From assembly GCA_001791045.1 (NCBI GenBank), contig MGDT01000007.1:60872-120572 (forward strand): 59,701 nt of DNA. The letters are read 5' to 3'. Position 1 is the first letter of the stretch; the number at the start of each line of letters is the position of its first letter. The notes beneath the pieces were generated by a model. The model worked only from the letters and a program-made list of their open reading frames with translations. It was not told where the DNA came from and made no database searches. This document shows, piece after piece, positions 33,012 to 41,548 of this stretch. Source of the stretch: Candidatus Uhrbacteria bacterium RIFCSPHIGHO2_01_FULL_63_20 (GTDB lineage: Bacteria > Patescibacteriota > Patescibacteriia > UBA9934 > GWF2-40-263). A program made the position numbers and the translations under genes.

Positions 33012-33542
33012 ATGCGCATCGCGTTAGGAAGCGAGAACAAGGCCAAGCGCCGGGCATTGGAAATGACCGCCGAGAAATTATTCCCCGAAGCGGAGATCGT
33101 GTGCGTGAAGGTGCCGTCGGGCGTAAGCGACCAGCCGTCCACGGACGAGGAAGCGATGCGCGGGGCGGAGAATCGGGCCCGGGCGGCGCGGGAAGCCGCT
33201 GATGCGGACTTCGGCGTGGGACTTGAGGCCGGCTACCATCCCATCGGGAACAGGCATTTCGAATGCGGCTGGGCGGCGGTCGTCCGGCGCGACGGGCGCG
33301 TCGGCATGGGGAGTTCGGGACGGTTCGAGCTGTCCGGCAAGCTCATGCGGATGCTCAAGGAAGGGAAGGAGCTTGCGGAGGTGGTGGACGCTCTCACGGG
33401 CCGCTCCGACGTCCGTCACGAGGAAGGGATGTACGGCCTCATCACGAACGGGAACATCACCCGCGACATCGCCTGTTCGCACGCCATGCTCATCGCGTTC
33501 GGACCGTTCGTTTCCGATCCCATCTTTTGGGATGACGAATGA
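33012..33542 (+). CDS. yjjX: Inosine/xanthosine triphosphatase (YjjX/DUF84 NTPase family)
   Basis: SENKAK, VPSGVSDQP, GAENRA, DFGVGLEAG, EGMYGLITNGNITR, A..IAFGPF. These line up with the E. coli YjjX pattern. Confidence 0.8.
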   Translation: MRIALGSENKAKRRALEMTAEKLFPEAEIVCVKVPSGVSDQPSTDEEAMRGAENRARAAREAADADFGVGLEAGYHPIGNRHFECGWAAVVRRDGRVGMGSSGRFELSGKLMRMLKEGKELAEVVDALTGRSDVRHEEGMYGLITNGNITRDIACSHAMLIAFGPFVSDPIFWDDE

Positions 33543-33574
33543 AATACATCCTGGACGAGTCGTGAGTGCAGAAG

Positions 33575-33599
33575 GAAAAAGAGCCGCGCGGGCGGCTCG
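33575..33599 (-). terminator. Terminator for the minus-strand zinc-ribbon ORF
   Basis: On the minus strand: gagccgc-ccgc-gcggctc-ttttt. Confidence 0.6.
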
Positions 33600-33610
33600 A
33601 TGAGGACGGG

Positions 33611-33865
33611 TCACTCTTGTTGTGACGGGCGGGGCGGCGGGGCCGGGATCCAGGCGTCGGTCTGCGGCGCGATCAGGATCTTGGGCGGGAACCGGTACAC
33701 CGGCTCCAGGCAGGCGACGCAATACAGGTAGGCGACCTTGCAGGGGAATCGCTTGCGCACGTGCACGAAGTCGACGGCGAGCTTCCTCGACTGGCACTCC
33801 ATATGCGGACAGCGCGTGGGCGGTTCCGAAACCGCGTTCCTGAACCGGCTTGCCGCCTCGCGCAT
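33611..33865 (-). CDS. Small Cys-rich (zinc-ribbon-like) hypothetical protein, 84 aa
   Basis: MREAASRF...RCPHMEC...FPC...YCVAC... GC3-rich in this frame. It has its own terminator. Confidence 0.5.
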   Translation of the reverse strand: MREAASRFRNAVSEPPTRCPHMECQSRKLAVDFVHVRKRFPCKVAYLYCVACLEPVYRFPPKILIAPQTDAWIPAPPPRPSQQE

Positions 33866-34053
33866 GTTGCTCAAGGATTTCCTGGGAAGACGGTCGCGGG
33901 TGGCGTTGGGCTTGCGTCTCACGCACGCTCCGGTGAAAGGGAAAGGACAGGGGACTCGTGCATTGTGGCCATCCTCCCGGACGGCTGTCAAAGGGTTGCC
34001 AAACGCGCGATGAGCCGCTAAGGTCCGTTCGGTCCTGATCCCAAGGAGGAGAC

Positions 34054-34371
34054 ATGGCCATTTCCCTCACCTGCGAGGAGTGCGACATCGCTTCGACCTG
34101 CCGCAAGGAACAGAAGGAGCGGCTGGAACCCTGCCGCGACATCGTCCCGCCTCACTGCGGGGACGCCATGAAGCTCGTGCGCGTCGAGAACCGCCGCCAT
34201 GTCCCGCTTGGGCCCCTGTTCCACTTCCTGTGCACCAAGTGCGGCTCAAGCGGGAGCGCGGCGACGCACCCCGCGGACGTGCCGCTCACGCCCGGGCCGT
34301 CGCTCGCGGATCGCATCAAGCCGACCGTGAGCCAGGTCACGGTCCCCGAAACCGGGCATTCGGACGATTGA
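34054..34371 (+). CDS. Small Cys-rich (zinc-ribbon-like) hypothetical protein, 105 aa
   Basis: Strong RBS AAGGAGGAG ending 4 nt before the ATG. CEEC...C...C, then HCG...FLCTKCG. Candidate promoter TTGCCA (33996-34001)/TAAGGT (34019-34024). Terminator downstream. Confidence 0.65.
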   Translation: MAISLTCEECDIASTCRKEQKERLEPCRDIVPPHCGDAMKLVRVENRRHVPLGPLFHFLCTKCGSSGSAATHPADVPLTPGPSLADRIKPTVSQVTVPETGHSDD

Positions 34372-34381
34372 ACGGGTCCAG

Positions 34382-34413
34382 AAGGGGCGTCATCTGACGC
34401 CCCTTTCTTTTTT
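34382..34413 (+). terminator. Rho-independent terminator
   Basis: aaggggcgtca-tc-tgacgcccctt-tcttttttc. Confidence 0.8.
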
Positions 34414-34451
34414 CAGGCCCGTCGGTTAAACTTCGCCGCGATATTATCCGT

Positions 34452-36365
34452 ATGCAGACTTGGAGATTGAAGAAGAACACGCATGCGCTGCGCCCGAGAT
34501 CCTCGGGGAAGGCGAAGGCGCGGCTGCTCGCCATCCTCATGCTGCTCGCGACCGTTGGGGCCGGGCTCTATGACGCCCCGTCCGCGTGGAACGGGCTCGC
34601 CGGGTTCGTGAACGAGAAGACCGGTTGGAACGTGCCCGCCGTGTCGGATTCCGCCTACCGCCTGGGCCTCGACCTGCAGGGCGGCACGCATCTCGTGTAC
34701 GAGGCAGACATGCGCGAGATCGCCGAGGCGGACCGCGCGGCGGCGCTCGAAGGGGTGCGCGACGTCATCGAACGCCGCGTGAACGCGTTCGGCGTGGCCG
34801 AACCGGTGGTGCAGACCACCACGACCGGCGGCGCGTACCGCGTGATCGTGGAGCTCGCGGGCGTGCTCGACGTGAACGCGGCCATCGATCAGATCGGCGA
34901 GACCCCGGTGCTCGAATTCAAGGAACCGGGGACCGAGATCGGCCGTGAGCTCACCGACGAGGAGCAGGCGCTGCTCGCGAGGCTCAACGGCGAGGAGCGC
35001 ATCGCCTCCGACGCCGTCTTGCGCCAGGCGAGGGCGGGGGCGGATTTCGCCGCCCTCGTCGCGGAACACAGCATCGAGGCGACCGTGGGCGAGACGCCGG
35101 GCACCATCACCGCCCTCAGGGGTTCCGCCCAGTACGGAGCGATCGTGGACGCGATCGTGAAGGCCGGTACGCGCCCCGGCGGCGTGTTGTCGCGGATGAT
35201 CGAGACCCCCGAAGGGCTCTCCGTCGTGAAGTACATCGGCATGAAACAGGCCAAGGAGATGCAGCTCTCCCACATCCTGCTGTGCTTCCAAGGGAAGATC
35301 GGCTGCACCAAGGACGTGCCCGCCCTCGACGCGAGCGTGCGGTTCACGGCGATGCGCGACACGCTCACGCCCGAGAATTTCGCGGACAAGGCGCGAGAGG
35401 TTTCCGACGACCCGACCGCCAAGGACAACGGCGGCGACCTTGGTTGGGTGAAGCCCGGAGACACGGTGCCGGCGTTCGAACTCGCCGCGCGGCAAACGGC
35501 GGTGGGCGCCATCTCGGGGCAGGTGGAGACCGAATTCGGCTACCACCTCATCTACAAGCGCGCCGAGCGACCGATCGCCACCTACGAATTCCAGCGCGTG
35601 CTCATGAAGCGTTCGACGGAAGCCGACGTCGTTCCCGACGCGAGCCCGTGGAAGAACACCGGGCTTTCCGGCAAGGACCTGAAGCGCGCGCAGGTGGAAT
35701 TCGATCCCAACACCGGCGCCCCGTACGTCACGCTCACGTTCAACGACGCGGGCGCGAAGCTGTTCGGGGAACTCACGGCAAGCCACATCGGCGAGCCCAT
35801 CGCCATCTTCCTCGACGGCACCCCGATTTCCACGCCCACGGTGCAGGACGCCATTTACGGAGGCACCGCGGTCATCACCGGCGACTTCACCCTCGACGAA
35901 GCCAAGCTGCTCGCGCAGCGCTTGAACGCGGGCGCGCTTCCGGTGCCGGTGAAGCTCCTGTCGCAGGAGACCGTGGGCCCCACGCTGGGCGCCGCGTCCC
36001 TCGACCAGAGCGTGAACGCCGCGCTGCTCGGGTTCGCCTTGGTCGCCGCGTTCATGATCCTGGTGTACCGGATGCCGGGACTGTTCGCGGCCGCGGCGCT
36101 CGTCTTGTACGCCGCGCTCAACCTGGCCTGCTACCGCCTGTTCGGCGTCACCATCACCTTGTCGGGCATCGCCGGGTTCGTGCTGTCGCTGGGCATCGCG
36201 GTGGACGCCAACGTGCTCGTGTTCGAGCGCGTCCGCGACGAATGGCGCGCGGGACGCGACCTGCCGGCGAGCATCGTCGAAGGGTACCGCCGCGCCTGGG
36301 CCCCGATCCGCGACGGGCACCTCACCACGCTCATCTCGGCCTCCGTGCTGTTCCTGTTCAGCTAG
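34452..36365 (+). CDS. secD: Protein translocase subunit SecD, interrupted by an in-frame TAG at 36363-36365
   Basis: N-terminal TM, large periplasmic domain (LGLDLQGGTHLVYE) containing a PpiC/rotamase-like insertion (LSHILL...DLGWV). TM bundle (GPTLG...LSGIAGFVLSLGIAVDANVLVFER). The ORF stops just before the conserved KGF motif. Confidence 0.9.
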   Translation: MQTWRLKKNTHALRPRSSGKAKARLLAILMLLATVGAGLYDAPSAWNGLAGFVNEKTGWNVPAVSDSAYRLGLDLQGGTHLVYEADMREIAEADRAAALEGVRDVIERRVNAFGVAEPVVQTTTTGGAYRVIVELAGVLDVNAAIDQIGETPVLEFKEPGTEIGRELTDEEQALLARLNGEERIASDAVLRQARAGADFAALVAEHSIEATVGETPGTITALRGSAQYGAIVDAIVKAGTRPGGVLSRMIETPEGLSVVKYIGMKQAKEMQLSHILLCFQGKIGCTKDVPALDASVRFTAMRDTLTPENFADKAREVSDDPTAKDNGGDLGWVKPGDTVPAFELAARQTAVGAISGQVETEFGYHLIYKRAERPIATYEFQRVLMKRSTEADVVPDASPWKNTGLSGKDLKRAQVEFDPNTGAPYVTLTFNDAGAKLFGELTASHIGEPIAIFLDGTPISTPTVQDAIYGGTAVITGDFTLDEAKLLAQRLNAGALPVPVKLLSQETVGPTLGAASLDQSVNAALLGFALVAAFMILVYRMPGLFAAAALVLYAALNLACYRLFGVTITLSGIAGFVLSLGIAVDANVLVFERVRDEWRAGRDLPASIVEGYRRAWAPIRDGHLTTLISASVLFLFS

Positions 36366-36527
36366 AGCTTCGTGAAGGGGTTCACGCTCACGCTGGGCAT
36401 CGGCGTGCTGCTGTCGTTGTTCACGGCGCTCATCGTGACGCGCGCGTACATGGACGCGGCGCGTTCGTTCTCGGGCCTCTCGGTCCCCTGGTTGTACGGC
36501 CTTAAGAAGCGTCCCGACGCAAAGTAA
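36366..36527 (+). pseudogene. secD: In-frame continuation of secD (last TM helix) downstream of the internal TAG
   Basis: SFVKGFTLTLGIGVLLSLFTALIVTRAYM... matches the conserved SecD C-terminus. TAA at 36525-36527 lies 1 nt before the secF ATG. Confidence 0.8.
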
Positions 36528-36528
36528 T

Positions 36529-37425
36529 ATGGCCTTCAGTTTCATCAGGACCCGCCGCGCCTGGTTCACGGTCTCGTTCGTGAGCATCGGATTGTCGATC
36601 CTCGCCCTTGCGGCCTTCGGCCTCAAGTTCGGCACCGACTTCACCGGCGGCACGTTGCTCGAACTTTCATTCGCTCTCGAGCGGCCGGTCAACGCCGAGC
36701 TCGCGGCGACCTTGGAAGGAGCCGGGTTCCCCGGGTCCACGGTGCAGCAGGCCGGAGAGGACCGCGTGATCGTGCGCCTTCCGTCGCTTTCCGAGGGACA
36801 ACACCAGACCGCGCTTTCCGCGATCCGCAACGCTCACGGCGAATTCGAGGAATTGCGATTCAATTCGGTGGGCCCCGTGGTCGGCGCCGAGCTGCAGCGT
36901 TCGGCGATCATAGGGGTGCTCGTGACGCTCCTGCTCATCGGCCTGTACATCGCGCTCGCGTTCCGCAAGGTCGGCGAACAGGTCAACAGCTGGAAATACG
37001 CGATCATCGTGCTGTTCACGGCCGCGCACGACGTGATCATCCCGCTCGGGTTGTTCGCGGTGCTGGGACGCGTGTGGCACTGGGAGGTCGGGGCCGCGTT
37101 CGTGGCCGCCATCCTCACCATCCTCGGATATTCCATCTCCGACACGGTGGTGGTGTTCGACCGCGTGCGCGAGAACCTGGGCCGGGATTCCAGCGAGCCG
37201 TTCGACGAAGTGGTGGATCGTTCGGTGCGCCAGACGGCCATGCGTTCGGTCAACACCTCGGTCACCACGCTGCTCGCGCTCGCCGCGATCCTGGCCTTCG
37301 GCGGAGACACCACGCGCCCGTTCGCGCTCGCGCTGTTCGCGGGCATCGCGACCGGGACGTATTCGTCCATCTTCATCGCGAGCCCGCTCTTGGTCGAGTG
37401 GGAGAAGCGGCCGCGGAAGGGTTGA
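36529..37425 (+). CDS. secF: Protein translocase subunit SecF
   Basis: GTDFTGGT, VGP.VG.EL, LGYSISDTVVVFDRVREN. Confidence 0.95.
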   Translation: MAFSFIRTRRAWFTVSFVSIGLSILALAAFGLKFGTDFTGGTLLELSFALERPVNAELAATLEGAGFPGSTVQQAGEDRVIVRLPSLSEGQHQTALSAIRNAHGEFEELRFNSVGPVVGAELQRSAIIGVLVTLLLIGLYIALAFRKVGEQVNSWKYAIIVLFTAAHDVIIPLGLFAVLGRVWHWEVGAAFVAAILTILGYSISDTVVVFDRVRENLGRDSSEPFDEVVDRSVRQTAMRSVNTSVTTLLALAAILAFGGDTTRPFALALFAGIATGTYSSIFIASPLLVEWEKRPRKG

Positions 37426-37444
37426 AAAGGTTGGAAGGGTGGGA
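37415..37444 (+). repeat. Family B purine-rich element spanning the secF stop codon
   Basis: ggaagggttgaaaaggttggaagggtggga. The TGA of secF (37423-37425) lies inside it. Confidence 0.7.
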
Positions 37445-37466
37445 CGTGATATACTGTCCCAGACCT

Positions 37467-39128
37467 ATGGCGTGGCTTTCCGCGTTCCTCGCCCAGCCCA
37501 TCGACGTGATGCTCTACCAGCTCACGGTGATTTTCGGTTGGATCGGCACCACGGCCGTGCTCGCGTGGGGGTTCATCCAGATGTGGAAGAACCAGCGTCA
37601 GGGGGACTACATGCAGACGCTCCAGCACGTGCTGCTCGCGATCAACGTGCCGGCCATGACCGAGCAGACGCCCAAGGCGGTCGAGGTGATGTTCTCGAAC
37701 CTCATCGGCACGTTCGGGAACCTCAACTTCAAGGAGCAGTGGCTAATCGGCAAGGTGCAGCCCACCTTCTCGTTCGAGATCGTGTCGAACGAGGGGTACA
37801 TCCAGTTCTACGTGTGGGCGCAGACCAAGTTCCGGGACCTGCTCGAGGCCAACATCTACGCGCATTATCCCGAGGCGGAAATCAGCGAGGTGGGGGATTA
37901 CGTCTCGTTCCTGCCGTCCAATTTTCCCGACGAGCACTACGACGCCTGGGGCGCCGAGGTGACGCTCAAGAAAGACGAATATTTCCCGATCCGCACCTAC
38001 GCGGATTTCGAGGACAAGATCGCGGGGGAGCTGCGCGATCCGCTCGCGCAGATCCTGGAACAGCTCGGAAAGATGCGGCCGGGCGAACACTTCTGGATGC
38101 AAGTGGTGGTGCAGCCGGGGAGCAACGACTGGAAGGAGAAGGGGAGCAAGTTCATCAACAAGACCTACGGCGTGGAGGAGAAGCACAAGCCCGGGATGAT
38201 CGAGTCCGGCATGAGCGCGGCGCTCGCGATCCCGAGCGCGTTGTTGCAGGAAGCGGTCGGGATCGGCTTTGGCGGCGGCCACGAGGAGAAGGAGGTGGAC
38301 CAGTGGAAGGCGTTCAAGATCTCTCCGACGCAGAAGGAGCAGGTGGAAGGGGTGCTTGAGAAGACCGGCAAGATCGGGCTGCCGACAAAGATCCGGCTCA
38401 TCTACGCCGCGCGCAAGGAGGCGTTCAACAAGGGCGCGCGCGCCTCGATGTTGAAGGGGCTCCTGCAACCGTACGGACACCTGAACCTCAACTCCTTCGC
38501 GTTCTACCCGCCGTCCATCCCGAAGGACGACTACTTCTGGCAGCGCTGGAGCTATCCCAAGAAGCAGGGGAGGCTCGTGCGCGCGTACAAGAAGCGCAGC
38601 TGGGGGATCGGCGCGACCCCGCGGGTGTTGAACGCCGAGGAGCTCGCCACGCTTTGGCATTTCCCGGCGATCACCGTGAAGGCCCCGCTCGTGCACAAGG
38701 CCGAGGCCAGGCGCGGCGAACCGCCGGTGGGCCTGCCCATCGATTTCGAAGGCACGCAGATGCCGCCGTTGCCCGCGCGCGCCGCGCACGACGATCACGG
38801 CGGGCATGCCGAGCCCACGCACGAGCCGGAAGCCGCGCCTGTTCCCACGCCCGAATTGCCCGGGTTGGAGACGATGGAAGCGCCACAGGTGGCGGTCTCA
38901 TCCGACGCTCCTCGCCAGTCGGGTATTCCTCTGTCGCCTCGCGGGGTCTCCGACCGCTCGGCTCCACAGGAACACCCTCCCGTCGAGGAGCGCGAGACCG
39001 GACTCGATGCGACGGACATGGGGCCGCCGGCGGACGTGAAATTGCCGGGCCCGCCGCCGGGATGGAAGGAAAAAGAGGCAAGGGGGGAAGCCGCGGACGA
39101 CGAGGCGCCGCCGAACCTGCCGGTCTGA
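37467..39128 (+). CDS. Large membrane protein of unknown function (553 aa), partner of the downstream T4CP-like ATPase
   Basis: N-terminal TM hairpin (YQLTVIFGWIGTTAVLAWGFI), a large globular region, and a Pro/Glu-rich disordered C-terminus. TATACT (37450-37455) lies 11 nt before the ATG. The stop sits 1 nt before the next ATG. Confidence 0.75.
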   Translation: MAWLSAFLAQPIDVMLYQLTVIFGWIGTTAVLAWGFIQMWKNQRQGDYMQTLQHVLLAINVPAMTEQTPKAVEVMFSNLIGTFGNLNFKEQWLIGKVQPTFSFEIVSNEGYIQFYVWAQTKFRDLLEANIYAHYPEAEISEVGDYVSFLPSNFPDEHYDAWGAEVTLKKDEYFPIRTYADFEDKIAGELRDPLAQILEQLGKMRPGEHFWMQVVVQPGSNDWKEKGSKFINKTYGVEEKHKPGMIESGMSAALAIPSALLQEAVGIGFGGGHEEKEVDQWKAFKISPTQKEQVEGVLEKTGKIGLPTKIRLIYAARKEAFNKGARASMLKGLLQPYGHLNLNSFAFYPPSIPKDDYFWQRWSYPKKQGRLVRAYKKRSWGIGATPRVLNAEELATLWHFPAITVKAPLVHKAEARRGEPPVGLPIDFEGTQMPPLPARAAHDDHGGHAEPTHEPEAAPVPTPELPGLETMEAPQVAVSSDAPRQSGIPLSPRGVSDRSAPQEHPPVEERETGLDATDMGPPADVKLPGPPPGWKEKEARGEAADDEAPPNLPV

Positions 39129-39129
39129 T

Positions 39130-40899
39130 ATGGCCTACGACCACGACCACGAAGGCGAGATCACGTATTTCGCGCGTACCAACTTCCGCAACCAGCTGCG
39201 GAAGTTCGGCGTGAAGACCGACGACCGCCGCCGGCACGTGTACATCATCGGGAAGACCGGCATGGGCAAGACCACGCTCATGGAGAACATGGTGCTCTCC
39301 GACATCTACGCGGGCCACGGCTGCTGCTACGTGGACCCGCACGGCGACACGGCCGAGCGGCTGCTCGACTACATCCCCAGCTGGCGCATCAACGACGTCA
39401 TCTACTTCAACCCGGCGGACCTGGATTTCCCGGTCGGCTTCAACATCCTGGAATCCGTGAACGACAGCCACAAGCACCTGGTGGCCTCGGGCATGATGGG
39501 CGTGTTCAAGAAGATCTGGGAGAACCTGTGGAGCGCGCGCATGGAGTACATCCTCAACAACTCCATCCTGGCGCTCTTGGACAACCCGGGCTCCACGCTA
39601 CTGGGCATCAACCGCATGCTTTCCGACGCGGACTACCGCAAGCGGATCATTTCGAACGTGAAGGATCCGATCGTGAACCAGTTCTGGCTCACCGAGTTCG
39701 CCTCCTACAACGAGAAGTACGCGCAGGAAGCGGTGGCGCCGATCCAGAACAAGATCGGCCAGTTCCTCTCCGCCTCGGTGATCAGGAACATCGTGGCGCA
39801 GGTGAAATCCACCATCAACATCCGCTCTATCATGGATGAGGGGAAGATCTTCATCGTGAACCTGTCCAAGGGCCGCATCGGCGAGGACAACTCGCGCCTG
39901 CTCGGGGGGCTGCTCATCACCAAGCTCCAGCTCGCGGCGATGGAACGCGTGGACATCCCCGAGAAGGACCGCCAGGACTTCTACCTGTACGTGGACGAGT
40001 TCCAGAACTTCGCCGTGGAGTCGTTCGCGAACATCCTGTCGGAGGCGCGCAAATACCGCCTGTGCCTGACCATGGCGCACCAGTACGTGGACCAGCTCTC
40101 CGACGAGGTGCGCGAGGCGGTGTTCGGCAACGTCGGCACCATCATCGCCTACCGCGTGGGCGCGCCCGACGCGGAGCTGCTTGAGAAGGAATTCGCGCCG
40201 CGGTTCATGGTGGAGGACATCATCAACCTCCCCAAGTACAACGTGTACCTGAAGCTGCTCATCGACGGGGTCACGAGCCAGCCGTTCTCGGCCACCACGC
40301 TCCCGCCGATCGCGCAACGCACGCAATCCGCCGACAAGGTGGTGAAGGTGAGCCGCGAGCGCTACGCGCTGCCTCGCGCCGAGATCGAGCAGAAGGTGCT
40401 CAAGTGGACCGGCATGGAAGAGGGCGTGGACGTGGAGAAGCTGCTTGCCGAGGCCGAGGCGAAGAAGAAGGCCGCGGGCGGCGGAGGGAAGAAGCCGCAA
40501 CACAGGTACACCTGCACGCGCTGCGGGAAAGAGTTCACGCTGCCGGTGGAGCTCGACCGCAGCCGGCCCATCTACGACGACGAGTGCATCGAGATCGTGC
40601 GCGCGGAGAGGAAGGGGGGGAAGGGGGATAAGGGATTTAAGAGTGAAAAGGGCGGGAAGGGTGTTCCGCCAAAAACGACTCCTTCACCCTTAAAACCCTT
40701 CCAACCCTTAAGACCCAAGCCCACGCCGAAGCCCTCCGACGGGGTGATCGTGGAGCGCGCCATCACCGAACCGGCCGTGTCGCTTGCTGCGATCATGGCG
40801 ACCGCGCAGGAGCGGGAGAAAAAGAATGACAAAGGGGCCAAGAAGCCGTCCGTACAGAGCGGCACGCTCAAGCCAGGGGATTCCATCAAGTTCGACTGA
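39130..40899 (+). CDS. Soluble type IV coupling protein-like (TraD/TrwB/VirD4, DUF87-like) P-loop ATPase with a C-terminal zinc-ribbon-like motif and a K/G/P-rich tail
   Basis: Walker A IIGKTGMGKTT (about 39244-39276). Walker B FYLYVDEFQNF (about 39979-40011). TMAHQY sensor-like motif. YTCTRCGKEF...IYDDEC. No TM segment. Confidence 0.75.
   Translation: MAYDHDHEGEITYFARTNFRNQLRKFGVKTDDRRRHVYIIGKTGMGKTTLMENMVLSDIYAGHGCCYVDPHGDTAERLLDYIPSWRINDVIYFNPADLDFPVGFNILESVNDSHKHLVASGMMGVFKKIWENLWSARMEYILNNSILALLDNPGSTLLGINRMLSDADYRKRIISNVKDPIVNQFWLTEFASYNEKYAQEAVAPIQNKIGQFLSASVIRNIVAQVKSTINIRSIMDEGKIFIVNLSKGRIGEDNSRLLGGLLITKLQLAAMERVDIPEKDRQDFYLYVDEFQNFAVESFANILSEARKYRLCLTMAHQYVDQLSDEVREAVFGNVGTIIAYRVGAPDAELLEKEFAPRFMVEDIINLPKYNVYLKLLIDGVTSQPFSATTLPPIAQRTQSADKVVKVSRERYALPRAEIEQKVLKWTGMEEGVDVEKLLAEAEAKKKAAGGGGKKPQHRYTCTRCGKEFTLPVELDRSRPIYDDECIEIVRAERKGGKGDKGFKSEKGGKGVPPKTTPSPLKPFQPLRPKPTPKPSDGVIVERAITEPAVSLAAIMATAQEREKKNDKGAKKPSVQSGTLKPGDSIKFD
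40607..40712 (+). repeat. Family B-like purine-rich run (40607-40663) followed by its pyrimidine-rich inverted counterpart (40681-40712) inside the ATPase tail
   Basis: gagaggaagggggggaagggggataagggatttaagagtgaaaagggcgggaagggtg ... ccttcacccttaaaacccttccaacccttaag. The reverse complement of the second part contains gggttggaagggt, as at 37427-37440. Confidence 0.65.
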
Positions 40900-40900
40900 T

Positions 40901-41548
40901 ATGGAGCGCGTGACGTTCGTCACGGAGGATGGCGTGGAAATCGTCGGGGACTGGTATCCGTCCGAGGGCGGGCGGTTCGCGATCTTGCTGCACATCCGTC
41001 CGGCGACGAAGGAAAGCTGGCGGCGATGGGCGGAAATCCTCCAGGCGCGCGGCGTGTCCGTGCTCGCGTACGACCAGCGGGGTCACGGCGAAAGCACGAT
41101 GGGAGGCACCATCGATTTCGAGAAGCTGTCCGATGACGAGAGCCGGGCCAAGCGGCTTGACCTGGAGGCGGCATACGCCTGGCTTCAAGGAAAAGGAGCG
41201 ACGGAGTCGGACACGTTCCTCATGGGCGGATCCATCGGCGCGAATCTCTCGATCCGTTTCTTGGCGGAACACCCCGGCGTCAAACGGGCCGTCGCCCTCT
41301 CTCCCGGTCTCGACTACCGGGGCGTCACGACGGATGATGCGATCCGAAAGCTCTCTGACGACCAGCGCGTGATCCTGATCGCGAGCGATGACGATCAGCA
41401 CGACAGTTTCGCCAGCTGCGCGAAGCTGAACGCTCTCGCGCCCGAACGCACGACCTTCCTCCCGCAAAAAGGTCTCGGACACGGGACGAACATGCTCGAG
41501 GAAGATCCGGCGCTTTTTGACATGATCCTCACGCGGCTTTCCCTGTGA
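40901..41548 (+). CDS. Alpha/beta-fold hydrolase
   Basis: YDQRGHGES, nucleophile elbow GGSIGAN, C-terminal GHG. Confidence 0.7.
   Translation: MERVTFVTEDGVEIVGDWYPSEGGRFAILLHIRPATKESWRRWAEILQARGVSVLAYDQRGHGESTMGGTIDFEKLSDDESRAKRLDLEAAYAWLQGKGATESDTFLMGGSIGANLSIRFLAEHPGVKRAVALSPGLDYRGVTTDDAIRKLSDDQRVILIASDDDQHDSFASCAKLNALAPERTTFLPQKGLGHGTNMLEEDPALFDMILTRLSL

Noticed and set aside
36363-36365. Genome-wide reassignment of TAG to a sense codon
   Set aside because: TAG terminates several well-delimited genes at positions that agree with ortholog lengths and downstream gene starts: tgt 13464-13466, secA 31775-31777, lgt 55654-55656 and 50472-50474. Only a local explanation is retained as a finding.
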